NCBI RefSeq assembly: GCF_009834535.1
Contig: NC_045696.1
Location: 82,710,001 to 82,774,000, forward strand
Length of the DNA: 64,000 bases
Direction: 5' to 3'
Source: Camelus ferus
Lineage: Eukaryota
Shown piece by piece: positions 52,351 to 64,000 of this stretch. Each line of letters starts with the position of its first letter. Within the stretch, counting starts at the first letter, position 1. A program made the position numbers and the translations under genes. The notes beneath the pieces are model-generated. The model was not told the origin of the DNA. It made no database searches and saw nothing but the letters and a program-made list of their open reading frames with translations.

Positions 52351-55300
52351 CTAGATGCCTTGGTTCATTCGTATGGGAATTGACAAATTGTTATAAAACT
52401 TAAAAGAAAGTGTATTAATTAAGCTCAGAGAGTTGTCTGGATTGCACAATAGATTGCTCACGATAATCATTTTATGGTTAAAGAAATGCATGAAAATTGC
52501 AGGCATTACACAGCAATTTATTTAGCTGGTCTTGACCAATGAATGACATGTTTAGAGTAAGAGAGAAAGATGGCTCTAGCCCTAGTTTGGGCCTCATCCT
52601 GTGGCATGTTCGAGAGCTATTCTCCCCCTCCTTTCTGCCAACTTTATTTCATTCAGAAGAGTTATAGTTTGGATGACTTATGACCAACAATGACAGCTGG
52701 CCTTATTTGTCCTATAATTTCTATCTGTGGGACTACTGTTCATTTCAAAGAGATCTCTGTGGAAGAACTTTAAAGGGTGGTACTTTTAAAAATCTTGACC
52801 CTTTCATAACAACAATAAAACACTACTCTTTTTGGTTTTGCAAGCAAAATAGCAGAGCATTTGCCCTTGGGGAAGCAATAGAAATGTCAATAATCAAAGG
52901 GGTGAACTGGTTCTGTTAGAAGGGCAGTATTGTGTTTTGGTTAAGAAAAGAAACAAAACAGCAAGTCACCAGGCAATCTTATTGTTAATTACAATGAAGA
53001 CTGAATAGGATAAATCAAATAGGATTTATAAGAGGTACTTAAATAAGTAGCTGTTAACTAAATCACATCATCTTTGATTATGTTATCACAAAACAAAACT
53101 ATATGTGTATACAATTATATTTTCATACCCACAAACACATATTCATGTACATACACAAACATGTGAAATCTCTTTAATTTCCTGGAATGGAATTCTCTAG
53201 CCTTTCTATTGTTGGGAATCCAGAAGGCTCCCTTTTTTTCTTTTTCTCTCTTTTCTGCTCCCCGAGATTTCCCTTTTTGTGCTTCTACCATCACCACCCA
53301 CTTACCCACTTTCTCTCCTCTCCTCTCCCCTCATCTGTATCACACAGCTCCCACTCAGCAACTATTGAACAAGGGACTTACCCTGGTCTTCTTGTGTGCA
53401 GTGGGAGGAGGACGGGAAGAGTGGTATTGAAAAAAATTTACCCAGTGATTCCAATGTTCTAGCCAGGGAACAAGACCCTTGATTCTAAATACAAGGCAAA
53501 GGCGTGACTCAAACCACAAGAAAGATTGGAATTTGTGGTCAGGCCCTAGTCCAGCCAGGGTTGCTGAGGTCCTGATTAGTATGGTGGTGGATGAGGTGCA
53601 GGGAGGCAGGGCCCCTGCCCAATTTGGAGGAGATGCTTAGAAATTCAAAGTAGAGACCAAGTTAGAAACACAACTTTAGGTGAACTAAATCAACCCTGAA
53701 TGGATCACTTAATTTAATTTAATCTAAAGATCTGTCAAATAGTGAGGGTAAAGACTGTTCTGCTTTTTCACTCAGAACCAACTCAGGTAAGTACACCTGA
53801 GCCTGCCCAGGACAGGGCATTAGCGACCCTCTACTGAACGGAGTTGGGAGTGGCCAACAGCACAATGTAATTTGTAGTTGGAATGTTTGTGTTTTCAAAC
53901 TACTGAGAGTTTTTTAAGTGTGTCAACACCTCTGGAAAGAATCAAACAGTTCCCAATATTTGACTTGTCTTTCCAGGTCAAATAAATGCTACTGCAGTGG
54001 AGGAGATGAGGGACTGATTGGAAGGAGAGTGAGTGGGTCACTGTTCGGAGTGCTTATTGCTCTCTCTGGACCGTGCTGGCTGAGATGCTCTAAAACAACT
54101 CCCTTTGACCACTCAGCTTCCCCTTTTCTTATTTTGTTGTCTGTTATTCTAGCGTATTGGTTATCAAACATTATTCTAGCATAATGGTTATCTTATTAAT
54201 TAGGGAATTAATATGAATAATCTTGCAGTTGTATAGATAAACCTCATGAAACTTTCCATCCAACCCTTAGAGGGTAATGTTTCTGAGGTTATAAAAAAAA
54301 AACAAACTTTTATTTCCTATGTTGACTTTTATGTTACTACTCTCAAAATAACTTTGGAAGCCCACTAACTTTTTACCACATTAATTTGGCACAGTGTGGT
54401 TTAAAATTTACATTCAAGCACTAAAAATAAATTGGACTCCAGTTGTAGGTAGTTAGGATTGGATCTGGGTTTGCAGAACTGGACTTGTCCATTTGCAGAC
54501 TGACTAAATCACCAGAGATTTTGGTAAAATCAAGACTTGTCTTGGGGTGAACATAAAACTGATGACAGCCTAGGGAGTGTCAGGAGGCTTAAGGCTAATA
54601 TAAACCTTTAAAAAGAGAGAAATAATGGAGCATTTGCATATCTGTTGGTACAGAGCTTAGTGGAAAATATAAATATAATACACAAATGAGATCCCCATAC
54701 ATCAGATTTGTAAAAATTTGCCATTGTTCATTCAACAAATGTTTCTTTAGAGTTTACTTTGTTCCAGGAATGGTGCTTGGTGCCATGTTTCTAAGTGTAG
54801 CATCTATGATGCTTCTCTCCTAAAAGAATTTTGAAGTTGTCCACGCAGAAACACTTTGAGCCAGGAAGATAATTAAGATTTCTTTGGGGTTAGGAAAGGA
54901 AACCCTGAGACCGAATGATTAATGGAATGGATCTGAGTTTCACTGGAGCAGATGGAACAGGGGTATCTCTCTGGGAGAAACCCTGGTTGGAAGTCAAAAA
55001 GAATGGTCTGTGGTGTGAGCTCCCTTGCTACAGTCTCATTTAGTCATTGGAGCAGAGTTCACATCTGGGGCCCCTCTGAGAATTAACCATTGTGAAAAAC
55101 AGAGAACCAAGAGGAAACAGTAGTAATATATACTGAGAGGCTTAATCTGATCTCTTGCCTGTCTTTGCAGGAAGCTTCATTTGTAAGGGACATGCATGAT
55201 CTTGAAGAAAGGACCCCCATTAGGCACTGCAGAATTAATGAAAGGCTATGTCCAAAGCCTCTGGTGTGGGGAGTTAAGGGACTTGCTCTGTGCCCACTTG

Positions 55301-55719
55301 GGAGACTGATGGAGCGGGACTAAAATTCATCTCTTGAATCCTTTGCTCAGTAGAGCACAATTCCTTTCTTTTGCTATAAATTATGGTTTATCTGACAAGG
55401 TGCTTCCACATGGAAACAGAAGAGTTAGAACCTGGCAAAGCAGGGTTCACGCTCACTCAGTTTTGTTGGCTTCTTCGCTTTTATTCACTTCTTTGTTTTG
55501 GGGGGAGGGGTTAGGTTTGAACTCTGCGTGCTTATGGAGAGTTAAGGACAAAATGAACTGTCCTTGAAAGTTAGTAAAGGTGAGGAACAGAGAAACACTA
55601 TTGAGGCATATGAAATACACATATCTGTTTCCTCTCTTACTCTACTGTGTTTGAAAAGTATCATCATGAAGCCTCATGGAGTGAAAGGAATCCTGGAGCT
55701 CCTAGAGAATACGTGGTGT

Positions 55720-55721
<2 letters not shown>

Positions 55722-55772
<51 letters not shown>

Positions 55773-55782
55773 CGCGCGCACG
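55722..55782. repeat. Compound (GT)21(GC)8 microsatellite
   Basis: About 60 bp of uninterrupted alternating purine-pyrimidine sequence. Confidence 0.95.
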
Positions 55783-55809
55783 GGTGCACGCACCTGCGCT
55801 TGTATGCTT

Positions 55810-56110
55810 AACATAAATTGCCTCATACTGTATCTTTATGCAGTGTGTGTCTTTCACTCAGTACATATATATGTTAGTATATTGAAAATAGCAAAAGTTT
55901 TATATATTGTGCTCATTCTGTGCCATACACTTTCTAAGCACTTTAGATATTACAAATTATTTAACATATACTTAGCACATTCTTTTAAATCTCAATTACT
56001 TTGGTTATTTTCTAATCGTTGGATATTTAAGATGCTTCCAATTTTTTGTTGTTACCATGAACAATGTTGCACCAAATCTCCTTATACATGCCTTCTTGGA
56101 TATGTGTGAG
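55810..56110 (-). mobile_element. Old L1 (L1ME-like) 3' fragment
   Basis: GTTGGATATTTAAGATGCTTCCAATTTTTTG..AACAATGTTGCA, a typical reverse-strand L1M signature. Confidence 0.7.
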
Positions 56111-56119
56111 CAGCTGCAA

Positions 56120-56295
56120 AAGAATAAAAAAGTTCTCGTACACATCATCTCATAACAGTGGCTGCCTCTGAAAAGGGAGAGAGAGTATGAATGGAGTTGC
56201 AGTTAGAGGGGCTTTAGCCTTATATATAATGCCAGATAAGATTTTCCAAGAGAAATGCATTCATATATTGCTTGTGTAATTAAAATTAATTTTTA
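56120..56295 (+). mobile_element. Old L1 (L1ME-like) extreme 3' end
   Basis: TAACAGTGGCTGCCTCTG ... AAGAGAAATGCATTCATATATTGCTTGTGTAATTAAAA. Confidence 0.65.
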
Positions 56296-57659
56296 GAAAT
56301 GAATTCAGGCTTAAAGTCCTTAGGCATATAACCTAATCAATCTGATATTTTTCTTCTCTTTTAAAATACCACTTGCCACAAGATCCTGCTTGTGTGGCCA
56401 CAGCAGACAAATTCAGTGTTATTCAGTGTTAATTGTCACAGTGCTTTGTGGAATGCTATGTGCATACATTTAAGTGACTCTTATTCTAACATACCTGGAT
56501 TTCAATCATCAGTAAAAGTACCAAGGAATCCACAAGAAGTAAACATTGTAGTGAGTGTCCCCTAGTTTTGACAAAAGTTTCACCTAGAGTGAAAGAAAAA
56601 ACAAATTTAAGTTGCATTAGTAAATAATCAATACACTATGACAATTAACATGTAGTTTTAGAATTTCATAAGCACTGAAATTTTATTACAGTTGTGCTAA
56701 TTAGAATCAGGTATACTTTAAAATATTTGTGTTGTGTCCAGCATTTCAAGCCAGTTTAATCTGCAACTCAACACTGAATACATAGTTCTGGAGCTTTAGT
56801 TTTGTACAGCTATTATAACCACGTGACCGCCCCACACATGCCAGCATGTGGACACACACATTATCCACGTTATCAACTGGGAGCAGTGAAAAAGAAAAAA
56901 AGGGAGAGAATGAAATCACACAGTGTATTTTAAATGGATATTTGTGTATCATTGGAAAACTAAGCTATTTACCAGGATATCAATGTTCCAACACAGTGAA
57001 TGACCTTGAGATGTTATCAAGCCCTCCTGCTTACAAGATATAGCATACTTTAAATATTTGAGGCAGGAGACTTTCCAAAACCAGACCCAACAACACCTGG
57101 ACAATCATGTCAATCCTGAGCAAAGTTCAGAAGTGAAAACTTTCTTGAACATCTAACCCCTTGAAGACAGAAAATGCCTGGTTGCTCTATTCAAAGAATG
57201 ACACTTTCTGTAGTGATCTGTTTTGAGGTTAGACCAAATGGTGCCAGGGAGCTTTGACTTCCCATTTTATTTAAAGTCCTCGCCTTAATGTCACTACTCT
57301 GTCATCTTGGCGGGTCCTAGGATGAACATTTCTCTGTGTAAGGTCATGCTTTGGATACCCCAGAGAATATTTGCACACACATGCACACACGCACGGCCAT
57401 CTATACCTTTCTAGGTTGAAGGAAGGACTTCACTGTGAACTCTCCCTGAAACCTGGCTACTTGGCCTAACTATTGCCCTGCCTGTTTTCTAATTTTTATT
57501 CCTAAATAAAGATTGAGCCAAAGTAAAATTGAAAGTTTTTTTTTTTTATGATTTGTGCCACTCCCTACTGTGCACTTTTATGGAGCCATGTCTTTTTATT
57601 TCAGTTTATATTGTATATCAGTGCTCACTTTAAAGTCCATTATGGGCGTTGGAATCTGA

Positions 57660-57913
57660 CCTGTCCAACAGAACTTTCTGCAGTGATGTAAATGTTCTGT
57701 AATCTGTGCAGTCCAATATGGTAGCCCCTAGTCCTATGTAGGTATTGAGCACTTGAATGTGACTACTGCTGATAAGAAACTAACTTTAAAAAAAATTGAA
57801 GTATAGTTGATTTACAATATTGTGTTAGTACCAAATTTAAAATTGTATTTATTTTAATAATTTTCTATATAAATAGTCACATATGGTGAGTGACTACCGT
57901 ATTTGGCAGTGTA
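57660..57913. mobile_element. MER3 hAT-Charlie element
   Basis: CTGTCCAACAGAACTTTCTGCAGTGATG..AATGTTCT ... TCCAATATGGTAGCC ... ATTGAGCACTTGAA ... ACTACCGTATTTGGCAGTGTAG. Confidence 0.9.
57791..57829 (-). mobile_element. About 40-bp 5'-truncated younger L1 3' terminus nested in MER3
   Basis: ATTGAAGTATAGTTGATTTACAATATTGTGTTAGT is the reverse complement of a laurasiatherian-type L1 3' end; imperfect flanking repeats ACTAACTTTAAAA / ACCAAATTTAAAA. Confidence 0.75.
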
Positions 57914-58849
57914 GATATAGATCATTTTGCCACATTCATACAGATCTAGTTTATATTGTATATAAACTATATTATATGTATTATATATATTATAGACAAT
58001 GTTTATATTATAGCCTTTTTACGTGAAAAAAACTTGTCCTTTGGCTCTGTTTAACATCATTTAATTTGCGGCTGGAATGTGGATTCTAATCTTGTCCTCC
58101 AGGGTTTATTTTGTTCCAACCTTTTGCTTTGTCTCTGCTCATCAACCCCCATAGTTTTGAAGACTTCTATTTGGAAAGTGATGTAATGCTATGAAATAGG
58201 AAAATACGTTTATAGTTCATGAAGTATATTATACACGTTTACAGAAAAGCTTTCTTAGGTTTCTAGTTCTTATGATCAAATTTCCTTGGATTTAAACAAA
58301 TGATTTTTCTTGAACATGTATCTTTCCTTTCTTGATAGTCAGACTGATGTTAAAATGAGCACTAATCCTCACTCATCTTTAAGGAACTGGGAGACCGTGA
58401 CTCATTCCTTCCTCCCATCCAGCTCAATGGGCTGGCTCGGTGACCTGCACACGGCCGTGACCAAGCGCATCTTCCTCCCAGGGTTTCCAAGAACTAAATT
58501 GCCAGTAAGTAGGAACTTCCTGCTCCCCTTGTGGGGCTTAGGATGAGCAGTAATTCTCCAGAAGTGAGTAGAATGTTGAAGCAGTAAACATGCAGATTAC
58601 GCACTATCCCCACCCTGTTCTTCACACATGCCGCCTGGGATAATAGTCCTACAGAGAAACCGCAGCGTTCCCAGATACTGCTCGCAAGCTCCCTCTCTTT
58701 CTTTACTTAGAGACCAACCAGGATGCACCAAAAACATAACTGATACCGCCTAGATAATTATTGACTAGTTTTAGTATTAATGGTGGGGGTTGTATTCATT
58801 CTCTCTTCCTGGCATGTTTCGCTGATGTAGCTTGCTTATTTCTATATAG

Positions 58850-58902
58850 AAGCATGATGCGTTTCCCTCTTTGCGATGAGAACTTCAGCAACCCAGACGA
58901 AG
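58850..58902 (+). other. Candidate 53-nt exon or end of an alternative first exon
   Basis: TTATTTCTATATAG acceptor, AAG|GTAATT donor, retained CpGs; ATG-initiated frames MMRFPLCDENFSNPDE or MRTSATQTK run to the donor. Confidence 0.3.
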
Positions 58903-61049
58903 GTAATTTGCTCGAGCACCCCTACAGCATCTATGGCTTTAACATTTCAAAACATTACCTTTTAAAGTCATCTCTGATTTTGAATGTGTAGGTGGGGGCA
59001 GATGGACAAAATTGTATAGTATATTTTGTATACCTTTGCTTTTGACAGACGTTGTAAATTGTAAAGATGCCTTATTTGTGGCCAGGGGGTACTCTGGGTG
59101 TGTGTCTTTATAAATGCCTAAATGTTCATAGAAAAGAGCATTTGGGCAGCGGTAGCAGTTTGAATGCAGTTTTCCTCTTCTGAAGCTGTCTACCTGTTGT
59201 CATATTCCTGTGTTTTGGGGGGTGGGTAGATATTTCCAGCAAAAGTTAATGGGGTGAAATGTCTCTCTTCATCCAGCTTGCTCCCCGCTGTCCCAGCCCA
59301 TGCTCCACCCCGCCCCCCAAGCCCGCCCTCTCCTCCTCCCCTCCTCCTGCCCACACCAGATGTGAGGGAGGTCGAATTGACCTCCTGCACGTGGTGCCCA
59401 CCCCGTGACCCTTTTCTCTCTATTGGAACAGTGTGAGGGATGGGGTGTGGGGAATTACATGGCCAGACAAAGAGGAGGTGCTCGGGAGTCTATGTTGAAG
59501 TCAGTGTTCAGCCACTGACTTTCAAAGGTCCTGGGGGACCAGCCAGGTGTGTAAATGGTTTGTCTTTCCCTTTCTTAACACTCTTTCTGTGAAGTTGCCA
59601 TCCATCTCCAGCTTCTGAGATGCTCTCCTCAGTGTCCCGATATAATTTAAAAAGTATATTAGAGCCTTATCAGAATACATCTTAGGGATTATCTTGATAC
59701 ATAATATTTCATTCTCATTTACCATCACATTTCTTTTATAATAAAATTTAGGATTTTCTTTCTCTGTAACCAGGTTCCTTCTGTCCCCATATCTCTCGTC
59801 TCAAAATATTCTGGGGCAGTGAAAAGAAACATAGACTGGGTCTCTGTCCCTAACTGCTTTGTGTGCTGCATGGAAAGGGCTATGCTAGGTCACCACTGTG
59901 GTTTCTTCACTTCCAGGAGCCTGCAGTTCTGTTCCTTCCAGAGACTGCGACTCCCCATAATTCCCATCTCAGCTACTTCTTCTCTGTCTCTTATGAATCA
60001 TGTGAGACCCCCTTCCACACCCCCAACCCTCGCAGTCTCTGGGCACTGCTTTGGGAACGAATGCACTTTCACAAGCCTCAGGAGGAACTCGTTTTGCCTT
60101 TGGCAATGTGAATTCGTACTGCCCAAGGGTTAATCTTCCGAGACTAAGTGGAGGTTGGGTAGAAGAAGAGAAGAGCAATGGCTGCGCCCTGCCTTGAGTG
60201 GGGTGTTCAATCATGCAGGTTTCCAGCCAGATTTTTAGAGATCTGCATCACAGAAGTGACCTGGGTGTCACACCCGGAGGAACTCTGGGTTAATGTGTGG
60301 TGAACAGAAATATCAAGTTTATGCCTATAGGGTAGTTTTCATTGGCGTGAGCTTAAGCATGGAAAAAAATGGCCTTGGTAGTGTTAATTTTTTTATGGGC
60401 AGTTGCAGTTGCTGGTCTTGGAATGTTAGCAGCAGTGTTGCAGAACTAAAAATGTTACCCTGAGATGTTTTAAAAGGGCAATAAATATCTGGTTTTAAAA
60501 TACGGACATTTAAGAAAATTATAAACTCGGAAAGTCCTTTTTGGTTGTGGTTGTTTTAGCTTTGCAGTGTTAAAGCCACCTTTTCCTTCCCTGACTTTCT
60601 CAATAAGCAGTTGTTTGGTAAGTTAAGTGATTCTTTGATGATTTGACATCGAGGTGTTTATGCTTCGACAAAAGGACGCCTGGTGATGAGACTGTGTCCC
60701 CTTACCAGGACTGTTTGGCTTCCCAGGCTGTGCTCAGGGCTGCGGCTGCACACTTTCTCCGTGTGCTGTGCCAAGGACAGTCTTTGATATGGAGGGAGTG
60801 GCTCTCAAGGAGAGTGGACGTCATTTCAAACCTAGACTGCTTGAGTTCGAGAGGCGCTCAGAAAACCAACTGCCACACCAGTGCCCCTGGGGATAGCTGT
60901 CCTATGGGATTGGCTCCTATTGGAGAAAAGAGACTAGTCCCTGATACTGTCAACATGGAGGGGGGTTCTCAGGACAGGCAAGGTTGTACCTCACACTTAA
61001 ATGTAGCTGAGAAGGCCTCAACTTCTTGTCATCACTTTTAAAACATAGA

Positions 61050-61850
61050 AACAGTAGTACAGAAAAAAATTTAAACACTGAAAACAATTTTACTCTCAAG
61101 TTTTCCTTGGCTCTGCCTAATTAATTTTCATATTGTTTCAACTTTTTCCTGCTTAATATTTAATCCTAAATATGGGCCTATGTTTTTGCATTAGTTTTAT
61201 AATTATTATTGTGATTATAAGTGTTAGCCTATCCTTGTACAATAGTTCATTTACTTTCTCCCCTATTATTAGTTCCTGGCATGATTTATAATTTTATGCC
61301 ATGAGGTGTAACACCACAATAAATAAATGAACAAATATAGCTTTTACTTGTCGTTGATACGGATTTAAGGAAAATTTTCAACAGTAGAGTTATAAAGACA
61401 AAGAGTATAAACATCTTAATATTTTTATACATATTATATATGTTTTTCATACACGTACGTATTTCTTCCTTGCTTTCGCAAAGGGTTCTAACAGTTCTCA
61501 TAGCCTCTAGCATATGAGTGTTCTTATTTACACTGAGTTTAGTATTTAAAATATGTTTTAACATATACAATTTAAAATTACAATTAGACAGACAAATGGA
61601 ATAAATTATATATATATAATCACATATATACACACACACATAATATAATATGGAACCTTAAAATTTCTTTGTGATGAACTTCAATTATCTGTGAAGAGGA
61701 GCACTTTGTTCATGTACTTAGGGTCTGTTTCTCTCTAATTTGAATATCTATTCCTATTCTCTATTGTAGTTTTTATAAATCTGACTTATCAAGCTAGCTA
61801 GCTCCCAACGCTTGGGTATCATCCATCTTTTAAAACTTCATCATTTCTTA
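61050..61850 (-). mobile_element. Highly decayed old L1 (L1ME-like)
   Basis: AT-rich, with AGTTCATTTACTTTCTCCCCTATT and ATGTACTTAGGGTCTGTTTCT ... TTTAAAACTTC..TTTCTTATCCAGATT segments like reverse-strand L1M. Confidence 0.5.
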
Positions 61851-64000
61851 TCCAGATTCTGATGCCAGGCACTAGGCTAGAACGTTGTCCCTTTCCGATT
61901 GGGGGGCAGTGACTTTGTAAATATTTTGTATTATACATTGCTGTTGTGTGTGCTTGAATGTACACAGTGAAATGATGCCTTTTAAAATGACTGTTAGGAG
62001 AAAGCATGCAGCATCTACGTTTGCGCCAAGTGAGTGTGAATAAAAATTATTTATATTAAATATGAAGGCAAGATTTAGACAACAATATTTCTAAATCCAC
62101 TTAATGGCAAGTTTTGCCATAATGAAACCTACTCTGTTTTTAAAGTCCAAGTACAATTGAAGAAACCAAAGATTTCACGTAACCAAAAAAAGCACCAAAG
62201 AACTAGATTAATTAGCTCCAGGTGTCAGAGAAATCTTAAACAGATTGAGAACCTACTCAAGAGGTACTTGAATGCCAGAGGCAAGTGATGCCTTCATTTT
62301 CCTGCCATTAAGTGAGGTAAGATTAAGAATTCTTGCTACAGAGAGCATGACTAGGATTTTTATTGAACAGGTTGCCAAAGAATTAGGAAACCTGTTCTAA
62401 TTCGACAAGAGATCACCTGGAATCCAGTTGCATTTTCTGCCATGGCTAACCTGTAAAACATGGTGATAGCTTTCATTTTCCTGTCACACCATGAGTGTTT
62501 TGAGTTCATCATAACAAAGCTGAGTGCATTTTAACTAGATCATTTTTGTCCACATAGTATCCCAAATTTGTTAGCAAGAGATTTTTTTTAAGTAGGTGAC
62601 TTTTATCACAATGAATCTATCAGCTGATGTTTTTCTTTTTTCAAGCTGAATACAAAGATATAAGATAGAGAAATAAGCAAAGAGTTAGAAACTTGGCCCC
62701 GTGATTCCAACGCTCTTTTAATCATTAACTGAACATGCTACCTTGGGTAGATACAGCATTCAACAAACTCTCCATGCCTAAGTGTATTAATCTTAGAAAA
62801 CCAGGGCCACCTGACCACGGAGCAGTATCACTAGAACATGCAAGTAAATGCATGGAACCTGGGCTTTGTGCGCACTGAGAGTAACCCCACTCACAGTGTT
62901 AGGATGCAGTAATTTTATATTATTATATATCTATATTACCATAATTTATATAGTAATAGTGCAAAGTATTAATCAAAAACTGCATATGAGGTGTTCATTC
63001 CCTTAATCCTTAAAGAACTCCTGACAATTCAGCTCCTTGGTCTAACAATTCCAGAGCTGATTTGTTGCTGTTTACCAATTAAATCCACTTAGTAATTAGA
63101 AAGAACTTGTGTGTCTCCCTCAGCCCCATCCGCCTCCCTGCCTGAAATTTTTAAACAAGCATTGGGTGTGTGGTAAATGGTGCGTTTTAATAAATGTTTT
63201 GTAAAGGCCAATTATTCAGTCAATATTGAATCGGGTGATAGGAAATACGGCTGCTTAGCTACAGGGAAGATGTCTGTGTACTATTGGCATCTGTTTGCTA
63301 GGTAATGTTCTTAAACGGCCTGGCCTTCCTCCAAACTTTGATTATTCATAAATCTGTTGAGTGTGGTTAAATTGCACTATTAGCGTTTAATCTTTTATTG
63401 AAGCAAACTCAGGAGACCGAAATCTATTTGCTTTAGCAAGCTCGTTCACTGATAACTGTATGATTTAAAATTTTCCTTTTGTGAATTCCTCCATGTAAGA
63501 AAAACACAGCTGGGCACAGCACTGACTGTATTTATCTTTTCATTAACTAAAGTACAAGAAGATAGTGTCGTTGGAGGCTTATGAGGAGGGATTGCTAAAG
63601 AACAATCCTCCTCCTGTTTGCACACTCACTTGAGAAAAGCTTTCCAAATAAGTATTTGAGATACTTGTGAGAAAAGCTAGTTGAATTGTCAAAAGAAGAC
63701 CAAGCGAATGTATATAAAGTGGTTGGATTTCAGATAACATTTTCCCCCTGAGTGTTCAGCTTGGTTAAATATTAGAGGAAGGGAGATAATGACACCGTTT
63801 GTCGCCATAAACTTAGACATATATCTTTTTTCACAAGGTTGGTATGAGAGGGATATCAAAGATTTTCCATCCCAGATGCTTTAGTTTCAAGGTGGTAAAG
63901 GGCATTGCAAGTAGAGAAAGATTGCTTGGCTCTGCCAGATGGGAACATAAAAATTTGGTATAGACTTAAGAATAGATATAATTTTTTTGCTTCTTGTGAG

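Noticed and set aside
55564..56109. Longest ORF (181 aa)
   Set aside because: Non-ATG start; it runs through the (GT)n(GC)n microsatellite (CVCV/RARA) and an antisense L1 remnant
1..64000. CRISPR-like array, operon or other prokaryote-type system
   Set aside because: No regularly spaced direct repeats or gene-dense segment seen; the sequence is mammalian non-coding throughout

Overview
AT-rich, CpG-depleted placental-mammal genomic DNA that reads as a large intron or intergenic interval. I can support no protein-coding gene, RNA gene or CRISPR array. The listed ORFs are short and chance-like or lie in decayed repeats; only 33276-33458 is recognisable, as a CR1/L3 reverse-transcriptase remnant. 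The window is filled with ancient repeats (MIR, L2, L3/CR1, L1ME, MLT1 LTRs, hAT-Charlie MER5/MER3/MER102/MER117) and microsatellites. I saw no Alu, B1/B2 or other young SINE. One short L1 3' end points to a laurasiatherian, possibly cetartiodactyl, host (inference). The items most worth checking are an ancient palindromic element at ~36.9-37.1 kb, several candidate small exons, CpG-retaining regulatory patches, a two-orientation CTCF motif and two minimal retrotransposition scars with target-site duplications. I found no evidence for a new multi-gene biological system. All repeat family names come from my recollection of consensus sequences, not from a database search.
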